Assembly (NCBI GenBank): GCA_035940955.1
Contig: DASZEJ010000129.1
Span: 16,768-80,767 of the forward strand
DNA: 64,000 bases
Direction of reading: 5' to 3'
From: Solirubrobacteraceae bacterium
GTDB lineage: Bacteria > Actinomycetota > Thermoleophilia > Solirubrobacterales > Solirubrobacteraceae
Shown here in pieces: positions 1-8,312 of the stretch. Below the pieces are notes generated by a model. It saw only the letters and a program-made list of their open reading frames with translations. It was not told the DNA's origin and made no database searches. The translations under genes and the position numbers were made by a program. The first letter of the stretch is position 1, and every line of letters begins with the position of its first letter.

Positions 1-1
1 G

Positions 2-1573
2 TTCGACGTCGCCATCCCGGCGCACCTCGAGCGAGCGGTCGCCGAGGAGGTCGAGCGCGCGGCGCGCGAGAACGTCGCGTCGCGCCTGTGGGCGAAGGAC
101 CCGGCGCTGTGGGGCGGCGACGCGAGCACGCCGGAGCTGGCGGACCGCCTCGGCTGGCTGACGATCGCCGAGCGCATGAACGACGAGGTGGACGACCTGG
201 AGGCGTTCGCGCACGAGCTCAAGGAGGAGGGGTACACGGACGCGGTCGTCCTGGGGATGGGCGGGTCGAGCCTCGCGCCGGAGGTGTTCGCCCGCAGCTT
301 CGACGCGACGTGCCTGAACCTCCACGTGCTCGACTCGACCGACCACGACGCGATCGCCGCGGTCGAGCGCGCGACCTCGCCCGACACGACGCTCCACGTC
401 GTCTCGACCAAGTCCGGCGGCACGATCGAGACCCGCTCGCTGGCCGACCGCTTCTGGGAGCGGATCCCGGACGGCGCCCACTTCGTCGCGATCACCGACC
501 CCGGCTCGTCGCTGGAGCAGCTCGCGCGCGAGCGCGGGTTCCGCCGCACGTTCCTCGCCGACCCCGAGATCGGCGGGCGCTACAGCGCGCTGTCGCCGTT
601 CGGGCTCGTCCCCGCCGCGCTGATGGGCGCCCCGCTGCAGGCGCTGCTCGACGGCGCCGCGGTCGCCGAGGAGGCGTGCAGCGCCGCGGACCCGGGCGCC
701 GGCCAGAGCGGCCTGTGGCTCGGCGCCGCGGTCGGCGCGCTCGCGAAGGCGGGCCGCGACAAGCTGACGTTCGTCGTGACCGAGAGCGTCGCGTCGTTCG
801 GCCTGTGGGCCGAGCAGCTCGTCGCGGAGTCGACCGGCAAGCACGGCCGCGGGATTCTGCCGGTCGCCGGCGAGCCGCTCGGCGCGCCCGGCGAGTACGG
901 CGACGACCGCCTGTTCGTCCACCTGCGCGGCGAGCGCGACGAGCCGCTGACCGAGCTGATCGAGGCCGGCCACCCCGTGCTCACCCTGCCGGTCGCGGGC
1001 CCCGCCGACCTCGGGCGGATCTTCTTCTTCGCGGAGTTCGCCACGGCCGTCGCCGGCTGGTCGCTCGCGCTCAACCCGTTCGACCAGCCGAACGTGCAGG
1101 AGGCCAAGGACAACACGAGCCGCGCGCTCCAGGAGGGCGCCGACGAGCCGTACGCCGACCCGGCGGACGCGCTGAGCGCGCTGCTGGACGGCGCGGCGCC
1201 GCCGGACTACGTCGCGATCATGGCCTACACCGCGCCCGGCGACGACGTCGACGCCGCGGCCGCCGAGCTGCGCGCCGCGATCCGCGCGCGCACGCGCGCG
1301 ACGACGACGTTCGGCTACGGCCCGCGCTTCCTGCACTCGACCGGCCAGTTCCACAAGGGCGGCACGCCGACCGGCCGGTTCCTGCAGCTCGTCCACGACG
1401 CCGAGGACGACGCGCAGGTGCCGGGCAAGCCGTTCACGTTCGAGCAGCTCAAGCGGGCGCAGGCGGTCGGCGACTTCCGCACGCTGCGCGAGCACGGGCT
1501 GCCCGCGCAGCGCGTCCGGCTCGACGGCGACCCGGCCGCGGCGCTGCGCAGCCTCGCGCAGGAGGTGCGCTGA
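2..1573 (+). CDS. pgi: glucose-6-phosphate isomerase domain protein; the 5' end lies outside the window (possibly the PGI half of a transaldolase-PGI fusion)
   Basis: The frame is open from nt 2, upstream of the track's 176 start. SIS/PGI-like motifs 'VVLGMGGSSLAPEV' and 'VVSTKSGGTIET' are present. It heads the gnd-zwf-opcA-pgl cluster. Confidence 0.8.
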   Translation, partial: FDVAIPAHLERAVAEEVERAARENVASRLWAKDPALWGGDASTPELADRLGWLTIAERMNDEVDDLEAFAHELKEEGYTDAVVLGMGGSSLAPEVFARSFDATCLNLHVLDSTDHDAIAAVERATSPDTTLHVVSTKSGGTIETRSLADRFWERIPDGAHFVAITDPGSSLEQLARERGFRRTFLADPEIGGRYSALSPFGLVPAALMGAPLQALLDGAAVAEEACSAADPGAGQSGLWLGAAVGALAKAGRDKLTFVVTESVASFGLWAEQLVAESTGKHGRGILPVAGEPLGAPGEYGDDRLFVHLRGERDEPLTELIEAGHPVLTLPVAGPADLGRIFFFAEFATAVAGWSLALNPFDQPNVQEAKDNTSRALQEGADEPYADPADALSALLDGAAPPDYVAIMAYTAPGDDVDAAAAELRAAIRARTRATTTFGYGPRFLHSTGQFHKGGTPTGRFLQLVHDAEDDAQVPGKPFTFEQLKRAQAVGDFRTLREHGLPAQRVRLDGDPAAALRSLAQEVR

Positions 1574-1574
1574 C

Positions 1575-2495
1575 ATGCAGATCGGGTTCGTCGGCCTCGG
1601 CCGGATGGGCGGCAACATGGTGCACCGCATCCACCGCGACTCGGAGCACGAGGCGGTCGCCTTCGACTTCAGCGAGGAGGCCCGCGAGCGCGCGGAGTCC
1701 CACGGCGCGCGCGGCGCCGCGTCGCTCGAGGAGCTCGTCGCCAAGCTCGACCCGCCGCGCGTGGTGTGGGTGATGGTCCCCGCCGGCGACCCGACCGAGC
1801 AGACCGTCGACCGGCTCGCCGAGCTGCTCGACCGCGGCGACACGATCGTCGACGGCGGCAACACGAAGTGGACCGACGACAAGCGCCGCGCCGAGGCGCT
1901 CGCCCCGCGCGGCATCCACTACGTGGACGTCGGGACGAGCGGCGGCGTCTGGGGCCTCGACGTCGGCTACTGCATGATGGTCGGCGGCCCCGAGGAGGCC
2001 GTCGAGCGCCTCAGCCCGATCCTCGACGTGCTCGCCCCGCCGCCCGACGCCGAGCACGGCCCGGGGTGGGCCCACTTCGGCCCGACCGGCGCCGGCCACT
2101 ACGTCAAGATGGTCCACAACGGGATCGAGTACGGGCTGATGCAGGCGTACGCCGAGGGCTTCGACCTGTTCGACAAGAGCGAGTACGACCTCGACAAGGC
2201 GAAGATCGCCCACCTGTGGATGCAGGGGTCGGTCGTCCGGTCGTGGCTGTGCGAGCTGGCCGCCCGCGCGTTCGAGCAGGAGGGCAACGACCTCGCCGCG
2301 CTCGACGCCTACACGGCCGACTCCGGCGAGGGCCGCTGGACGATCGAGGACGCGATGGCCAGGGACGTCCCGACGCCGGTCATCACCGCGTCGCTGCACG
2401 CGCGCTTCTACAGCCGCGGCAACGGCGACTTCACGCACCGGATGCTCGCGGCGCTGCGGGCGCAGTTCGGCGGCCACGCGGTGACCAGGCGGTGA
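1575..2495 (+). CDS. gnd: 6-phosphogluconate dehydrogenase (decarboxylating), short ~300-aa form
   Basis: Rossmann motif 'IGFVGLGRMGGNM' and 6PGDH signature 'GAGHYVKMVHNGIEYGLMQAYAEG'. It starts 2 nt after the pgi stop. Confidence 0.85.
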   Translation: MQIGFVGLGRMGGNMVHRIHRDSEHEAVAFDFSEEARERAESHGARGAASLEELVAKLDPPRVVWVMVPAGDPTEQTVDRLAELLDRGDTIVDGGNTKWTDDKRRAEALAPRGIHYVDVGTSGGVWGLDVGYCMMVGGPEEAVERLSPILDVLAPPPDAEHGPGWAHFGPTGAGHYVKMVHNGIEYGLMQAYAEGFDLFDKSEYDLDKAKIAHLWMQGSVVRSWLCELAARAFEQEGNDLAALDAYTADSGEGRWTIEDAMARDVPTPVITASLHARFYSRGNGDFTHRMLAALRAQFGGHAVTRR

Positions 2496-2505
2496 CGCGC
2501 GCGCG

Positions 2506-4038
2506 ATGAGCGTCACGGCGGACCCCCGGGCCAACCCCCTCGCGACCGGCCTGGAGCGGCTGCCGGTCCACCCGACGACGCTCGTCATCTTCGGCGCCAC
2601 CGGCGACCTCGCCCGCCGCAAGCTGCTGCCGGCCGTCTACAACCTCGCCCACGAGGGCGCGCTGCCCGAGCGCTTCCAGCTCGTCGGCGCGTCGCGCGGC
2701 GACCAGAGCGACGAGGGCTACCGCCGTCTCGCGGTCGAGTCGATCGAGCGCTTCAGCCGCCGCCCGCCCGACCCGGACGTGCTCGCCCGGCTGGTCGCCG
2801 ACGTGCGCTACGTGCAGGCGCCGTTCGACGACCCGGCCGGCTACGAGCGGCTGGACGCCGCGCTCGCCGAGCTGGACGAGGCGGCCGGCGTGCCGCTCAA
2901 CCGCTGCTTCTACCTCTCCACGGCGCCGTCGTACTTCCCGGTCATCGTCGAGCACCTCGGCGCCCAGGGGCTCGACCGCCACGGCGACGCCGAGGTGCGG
3001 GTCGTGATCGAGAAGCCGATCGGGCGCGACCTCGAGTCCGCGCAGGAGCTCAACCGGCGCGTGCTGGCCGTGCTCGACGAGAAGCAGGTCTTCCGCATCG
3101 ACCACTACCTGGGCAAGGAGACCGTCCAGAACATGCTCGCGTTCCGCTTCGCGAACGGGCTGTTCGAGCCGGTCTGGAACCGCAACTACATCGACCACGT
3201 CCAGATCACCGCGGCGGAGGACATCGGGATCGGCACGCGCGCGGGCTACTACGACCAGTCGGGTGCGCTGCGCGACCTCGTGCAGAACCACATGCTCCAG
3301 CTGCTGACGCTGCTGGCGATGGAGCCCCCGGTCCGGTTCAGCGCCGACCAGGTCCGCGACGAGAAGGTCAAGGTGCTGCGCGCGATCCCGCCGCCCGACC
3401 CGGAGCGGATCCAGGACGTCGCGGTGCGGGCGCAGTACACGGCCGGGACGGTCGCCGGCGAGGACGTCCCCGGCTACCACGACGAGGCCGACGTGCCCGG
3501 CGACTCCGCGACCGAGACGTACGCGGCGCTGCGCCTGGAGGTCGACAACTGGCGCTGGGCGGGGGTGCCGTTCTACCTGCGCACCGGCAAGCGCCTGGCG
3601 CGCAAGGTCACCGAGATCGCCGTCACGCTCAAGCCCGTCCCGCACCTGGCCTTCGAGCAGGGCGGCTCGCTCGGCATCCGCCCGAACGTGCTGCTGTTCA
3701 CCGTGCAGCCGAACGAGGGCGTCTCGCTCTCGCTGGGGGCGAAGATCCCCGGAACCCGCATGTCGATCCGCCCGGTGAACATGGAGTTCATGTACGGCAC
3801 GAGCTTCCTCTCCCAGTCGCCCGAGGCGTACGAGCGCCTGCTGCTCGACGCGATGCGGGGCGAGGCCACGCTGTTCACCCGGGTCGACGAGGTCGAGGCG
3901 CAGTGGCGGATCATCGACCCGGTGCTGCGCGGCTGGGGCGCGCTCGACGGCGCGCTGCCGTGCTACGAGGCGGGCAGCCAGGGGCCGGAGGAGGCGCGCG
4001 CACTGCTGGTCGGGGAGGACCGCTGGCGGCGGATATGA
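2506..4038 (+). CDS. zwf: glucose-6-phosphate 1-dehydrogenase
   Basis: NADP-binding motif 'IFGATGDLARRKLLPA' and G6PD active-site signature 'RIDHYLGKE'. Length 510 aa. Confidence 0.95.
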   Translation: MSVTADPRANPLATGLERLPVHPTTLVIFGATGDLARRKLLPAVYNLAHEGALPERFQLVGASRGDQSDEGYRRLAVESIERFSRRPPDPDVLARLVADVRYVQAPFDDPAGYERLDAALAELDEAAGVPLNRCFYLSTAPSYFPVIVEHLGAQGLDRHGDAEVRVVIEKPIGRDLESAQELNRRVLAVLDEKQVFRIDHYLGKETVQNMLAFRFANGLFEPVWNRNYIDHVQITAAEDIGIGTRAGYYDQSGALRDLVQNHMLQLLTLLAMEPPVRFSADQVRDEKVKVLRAIPPPDPERIQDVAVRAQYTAGTVAGEDVPGYHDEADVPGDSATETYAALRLEVDNWRWAGVPFYLRTGKRLARKVTEIAVTLKPVPHLAFEQGGSLGIRPNVLLFTVQPNEGVSLSLGAKIPGTRMSIRPVNMEFMYGTSFLSQSPEAYERLLLDAMRGEATLFTRVDEVEAQWRIIDPVLRGWGALDGALPCYEAGSQGPEEARALLVGEDRWRRI

Positions 4039-5063
4039 GCGACGCCGTCTGGAGCGCCGACGACACCACCCCGGGCGCGGTCGAGGCGGCGCTGCGGGCG
4101 ATGGAGACCGAGCGCCACCAGGAGGACCGCGCGGTGCCCGCGCGCGTGCTGAACCTCGTCACGATCGTCGACGCCGCCTGGCGCGGCGAGATCGAGAACC
4201 GCCTGGCGCGGGTCGGGCGCTACCACGCCTCGCGCACCGTCCTGTGCGCGGTCGAGCCCGACCGCGACCGGCTGTCGGCGCGCGCGAGCGTCCACGTCGA
4301 GGGCGACGCGGTGCGCGAGCACGTGCTGCTCGAGATCGGCGAGCGCCACCTCCGGCGCCTGGACCGCGTCATCGACCCGGTCGTCGTCACCGACCTGGCG
4401 ACGGCGGTGTGGGCGCCGCACGGCCACGACGCCGCGGTCGACGCGGTGTGCGGGGTGGCGCAGGTCGTGCTGCGCGACTCGGTCGACGAGCCCGACGCGC
4501 GCGCGGCGCTCGACCGGGCGGCCGAGCTGGCCCGGCGCACGTACGTCGTCGACCTCGCGTGGCTGCGCACGACGCCGTGGCGCGAGCGGATCGCCGCGAC
4601 GTTCGACCCGCCGGCCTGGCGCGGGCACCTGCGCAAGCTGAGCGCGGTCACCGTGCGCCACCACCCGGACTCGGCCGTCGCGGCGCTGCTGCTCCTGGGC
4701 TGGCTCGCGAGCCGGCTGGGCTGGGAGCCGTCGGCGCTGGCCGGCCGCGAGGGCTCGCTGCAGGGCCGCGCCCGCGCCCGCCGCGGCGACGTCGTGCTGC
4801 GCACCGAGCCGACCGAGCAGGGCGTGCGCGGCCTGGCCGGCGTGACGCTCGAGACCGCCGACGGGATGGCGCTGTCGCTCGACCGCGCCAAGGGCGGCCT
4901 CGCCGCGCGGCGGCGCTTCCCCGACGGCCGCGAGGCGCGCTGGACGGTGCTCGGCGCCTCCCGCGGCGAGCCCGGGATCCTCGGCGAGGGCATCCGCCAG
5001 GCGCTGCTGCGCGAGCCGACGTACGAGCCCGCCCTGCGCGCCGCCCGCGCGCTCGCCGGGTGA
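4035..5063 (+). CDS. opcA: OpcA-type glucose-6-phosphate dehydrogenase assembly protein
   Basis: The ATG at 4035 overlaps the zwf stop (ATGA). Position between zwf and pgl matches actinobacterial and cyanobacterial opcA. The track ORF 3903..5063 has an implausible N-terminal extension that overlaps zwf. Confidence 0.7.
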   Translation: MSDAVWSADDTTPGAVEAALRAMETERHQEDRAVPARVLNLVTIVDAAWRGEIENRLARVGRYHASRTVLCAVEPDRDRLSARASVHVEGDAVREHVLLEIGERHLRRLDRVIDPVVVTDLATAVWAPHGHDAAVDAVCGVAQVVLRDSVDEPDARAALDRAAELARRTYVVDLAWLRTTPWRERIAATFDPPAWRGHLRKLSAVTVRHHPDSAVAALLLLGWLASRLGWEPSALAGREGSLQGRARARRGDVVLRTEPTEQGVRGLAGVTLETADGMALSLDRAKGGLAARRRFPDGREARWTVLGASRGEPGILGEGIRQALLREPTYEPALRAARALAG

Positions 5064-5716
5064 CCCGCGTCACCGTCTGCCCCTGCGCCGAGGCGGCGGC
5101 GCGGCACCTCGCCGCGAGCCTCCACGGCCACCTGCGCGCGGGCGCGCGGCACGTCGCCCTGTCGGGCGGCACGACCCCGCGCCGGGCGTACGAGCTGCTG
5201 GCCGAGCGCGGCTGGGCCGACGTGGAGTTCTGGCTCGCCGACGAGCGCTGCGTGCCGCCCGGCCACGAGGACGCGAACGCCCGCCTGCTGCACGAGGCGC
5301 TCGGCCCCGCGGCGCGCGTCCGCGAGGCGCGCGGCGAGCTGGGGCCGGAGGACGCCGCGTGGCTCTACGGCCGCGAGGTGGAGGAGGCGACGGGCGGCGT
5401 GTTCGACGTGGTCGTCCTCGGGCTGGGGGAGGACGGGCACACCGCGTCGCTCTTCCCCGGCCACCCCGGGGCCGGCGCGCGGCACGCGCCGGTGATCGGC
5501 GTGCGGGGCGCGCCGAAGCCGCCGCCGGAGCGCATCTCGCTCACGCTCCCGGTCCTGGAGCGCGCCCGCCACACCGTGCTGCTCGTCACCGGCGCCGCCA
5601 AGCGCGAGGCGCTCGCGCGCGTGCGCGCGGGCGACGGCACGCTCCCGCCGGCGCGGCTCGGCGCCGCGCTCGACGAGATCGTGTGCGACGAGGACGCGGC
5701 CGGCGCTAGCGCCTGA
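5060..5716 (+). CDS. pgl: 6-phosphogluconolactonase
   Basis: The GTG at 5060 overlaps the opcA stop (GTGA). Motifs 'SGGTTPR' and 'GLGEDGHTASLFPG' are present. Confidence 0.85.
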   Translation: MTRVTVCPCAEAAARHLAASLHGHLRAGARHVALSGGTTPRRAYELLAERGWADVEFWLADERCVPPGHEDANARLLHEALGPAARVREARGELGPEDAAWLYGREVEEATGGVFDVVVLGLGEDGHTASLFPGHPGAGARHAPVIGVRGAPKPPPERISLTLPVLERARHTVLLVTGAAKREALARVRAGDGTLPPARLGAALDEIVCDEDAAGASA

Positions 5717-6731
5717 ACGAGCGCATCGCCCGCTTCAGCGTGGCGTAGGCCGGCCGGCGCGAGCCGTCGCTGCGGAGCAGCCCGGCGTCGAAGCGGAGCC
5801 GCAGGTCGCAGTCGGTCCCGTAGAAGTTGTACGGGTAGAGCCGCTTGACGTGCCGCCGGTAGCGGCGCGCGATCCGGAACATCTTCGCCACCGCGCGCGC
5901 CTGGCGCCGCTCGGCGGTCCCCGGGCGCGCCGGGTTGCAGCCCAGCCCACGCGACACCCGCAGGCGGCCGGTCTTCGGGTCCGTGTTCTGCAGCAGCGCG
6001 ATGCCGCCGGTCTCCGTCAGCCAGAACTTCGCGCGGCGGTTGTAGCGGCGGACGGTGTCGATGATCGCGCCCGTGTTGTTCCTCGGCCGGTTGGTGTCGC
6101 CGTAGTTGTGGATGCCGACGATCGTGGCGAAGCGCTTGCGGCTGCCGAGCGCCCCGTAGAACGCGCGGATGTAGCCCTTGTAGTTGCGAGCGTCGAGCAG
6201 GTCGAGCGCGACGATCTGGCAGCCGCGGCACAGCGAGCGGAGCGCGAGGAAGTACTTGGCGGTGCGCCGGGCGCCGCTCAGCCGGTAGACCGGCTGGGTC
6301 TTCGAGTTGGCCTCGTTCCAGACGCCCCAGTCCGGCACCGAGGCGCGGCCGTCGGATCCGCGGCGGTAGCGCGCGACGAGCGCCTTGACCTTCGAGCGCC
6401 ACAGGCTGACGCTCGGCGGGCGCGTGTTGCGGTCGATGTCGAGCCCGTCGAGGTGCAGCAGCGGGCGGACGCCGGCGGTCTTCGCCGCGCGCAGCCACTC
6501 GTCGGCGCGGGCCAGCGCCGTCGGGTCGTCGATCGCGTCCCACCGCACGAAGTACCGCGCCTTCTTGACCTTCAGCGCCTTGAAGTGCGGGTTGGCGAAC
6601 ATCGCCGCGCTCTGGTCGCCGATCCCCACCGCGATGTTCACCTTCGCCGCGGGAGCGGCCGCGGGAAGGACGAGCAGCGCGACGAGCGCCGCCGCTGAGG
6701 CGAGCAGGGCTGGGATCGGCTTGAGCGGCAT
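5706..6731 (-). CDS. secreted glycoside-hydrolase-like protein (clan GH-A TIM-barrel suspected)
   Basis: The internal Met at 6731 gives a signal peptide 'MPLKPIPALLASAAALVALLVLPAAAPAAK'. 'WNEAN' and 'LTETG' look like acid/base and nucleophile motifs. The longer track start at 7013 gives a non-protein-like N-terminus. Confidence 0.55.
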   Translation of the reverse strand: MPLKPIPALLASAAALVALLVLPAAAPAAKVNIAVGIGDQSAAMFANPHFKALKVKKARYFVRWDAIDDPTALARADEWLRAAKTAGVRPLLHLDGLDIDRNTRPPSVSLWRSKVKALVARYRRGSDGRASVPDWGVWNEANSKTQPVYRLSGARRTAKYFLALRSLCRGCQIVALDLLDARNYKGYIRAFYGALGSRKRFATIVGIHNYGDTNRPRNNTGAIIDTVRRYNRRAKFWLTETGGIALLQNTDPKTGRLRVSRGLGCNPARPGTAERRQARAVAKMFRIARRYRRHVKRLYPYNFYGTDCDLRLRFDAGLLRSDGSRRPAYATLKRAMRSFRR

Positions 6732-6838
6732 GGCGCGGCTGGTCCTCCTCGGGGGCGTGGGCACGGAGAGAAGGAACCCGGGTCGTCCGAGGAAGTTTCG
6801 GATCAGCTCCGGCGCTCCAGCGAACGCGACGGTTCCCT

Positions 6839-6869
6839 TTTGACATTGTGTGACGGCGGTCACTACGGT
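6839..6869 (+). promoter_or_regulatory. putative sigma-70-type promoter upstream of the mce cluster
   Basis: A perfect TTGACA (6839-6844) is followed by a 19-nt spacer and TACGGT (6864-6869). The spacer contains the inverted repeat GTGAC-GGCG-GTCAC. Confidence 0.3.
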
Positions 6870-6948
6870 CCCCCACGCCTGAAAACGGGGCGCAGGGGCG
6901 CGCCCGAGGGGAGGCATCAACCTGCGGAACTCGAGGCAGATCGGTCGC

Positions 6949-8310
6949 GTGGTCGCGATCGCGGCGCTGATTGCGGCGATCGCGGTCGTCGGTGTCGTGC
7001 TCCTGCGCGGCAACGCCGACCCGTACCTGGTCTACGCCGAGTTCCAGAACGCGAGCCAGCTCGTGCGCGGGAACGAGGTCCGCGTCGCCGGCGCCCAGAT
7101 CGGCAGCGTCGAGGACATCGAGCTGACGAACAACGGCGGCGCGCGGGTCAAGCTGAAGATCGACGAGAAGGGCTACACGCCGCTGCGCGACGGCACGCGC
7201 GCGATCATCCGCCTCACCTCCCTCTCCGGCGTCGCCAACCGCTACATCGACCTCCAGCTCGCCGGCGCCAACGGGCCCGAGATCAAGGACGGCGGGCGGA
7301 TCGAGGCCACCGAGACCACCTCGGCCGTCGACCTCGACCAGCTCATCGGCGTCTTCAACCGCAAGGCGCGGTCGGACCTGCAGGGCCTGATCCGCGGCCT
7401 GGGCACGCAGTACAGCGGCCGGTCGGAGGAGGCGCGCCGCGGCTGGATGTACCTCAACCCGCAGCTCGCCGCGACGAGCCGGCTGTTCGAGGAGCTCAAC
7501 CACGACACGCCCGCGCTGGAGAAGTTCATCGTCTCCTCCGAGGACCTCGTCACGACGCTGGCCGAGCGCCGCGACGACCTCACCGGCGTCGTCAGCAACC
7601 TCGCCGACTTCACCGGCGACCTCGCGGCCAAGCGCCGCGAGCTGTCCGACGCGATCTCCCAGCTGCCGCCGTTCATGCGCCGGGCGAACTCCACGTTCGT
7701 CAACCTCCGCGCCGCCCTCGACGACCTGCGCCCGCTCGTGGAGGAGTCCAAGCCGGTCGCCAAGCGCCTGCGGCCGTTCTTCGCCGAGCTGCGGCCGCTC
7801 GCGCGCGACGCCCGCCCGACGATCCGCGACCTGTCGCGGCTCGTCCGCCAGGCCGGGGAGGACAACGACCTCATCGAGCTGACCGCTGGGCAGGTGCCGC
7901 TGCGCGACATCGCGATCGGCCCGGTGCAGGCCAACGGCGAGGAGCGGCGCGGCGCGTTCCCGGAGACCACCGACGCGCTGCGCACGTCGGTGCCCGAGCT
8001 GGCGTACGCCCGGCCCTACGCGGTCGACCTGACCGGCTGGTTCGACGACTTCGGGCGCTCCGGCGTGTACGACGCGCTGGGCGGCATCAGCCGCGTCGGC
8101 ACGTACATCAACGCGTTCGGGCAGATCGACGGCATCTTCCGGCCGATCCCGCCCGAGCTGCGCCCGCGGGTCGGCGACCTCTTCACGCGCTCGGACCAGC
8201 GCAACCGCTGCCCCGGCGCGGCCGAGCACCCGGCCGACGACGGCTCGAACCCGTGGAAGCCGACGCCGGACCACAACTGCGACCCGTCCCAGACGCTGCC
8301 CGGGAAGTAG
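6949..8310 (+). CDS. Mce/MlaD-family protein (1 of 6)
   Basis: N-terminal TM 'VVAIAALIAAIAVVGVVLL' followed by an MlaD-type segment 'YAEFQNASQLVRGNEVRVAGAQIGSVEDIEL'. The GTG start is uncertain; a GGGAGG sits at 6908-6913. Confidence 0.85.
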   Translation: MVAIAALIAAIAVVGVVLLRGNADPYLVYAEFQNASQLVRGNEVRVAGAQIGSVEDIELTNNGGARVKLKIDEKGYTPLRDGTRAIIRLTSLSGVANRYIDLQLAGANGPEIKDGGRIEATETTSAVDLDQLIGVFNRKARSDLQGLIRGLGTQYSGRSEEARRGWMYLNPQLAATSRLFEELNHDTPALEKFIVSSEDLVTTLAERRDDLTGVVSNLADFTGDLAAKRRELSDAISQLPPFMRRANSTFVNLRAALDDLRPLVEESKPVAKRLRPFFAELRPLARDARPTIRDLSRLVRQAGEDNDLIELTAGQVPLRDIAIGPVQANGEERRGAFPETTDALRTSVPELAYARPYAVDLTGWFDDFGRSGVYDALGGISRVGTYINAFGQIDGIFRPIPPELRPRVGDLFTRSDQRNRCPGAAEHPADDGSNPWKPTPDHNCDPSQTLPGK

Positions 8311-8312
8311 GC

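Noticed and set aside
88-1773. The track contains many very long ORFs with Arg/Ala/Pro/Gly-rich translations, either overlapping real genes in other frames or antisense to them. Examples are 88..1773, 1449..2621(-), 5365..8274(-), 9386..11599(-), 19653..23237, 39109..40989(-), 47382..49604(-), 51637..56202 and 57495..60167(-).
   Set aside because: In DNA with more than 70% GC, stop codons are rare in non-coding frames. These translations are low-complexity, lack any motif, and each overlaps a frame with clear domain signatures. I treat them as artefacts, not overlapping genes.
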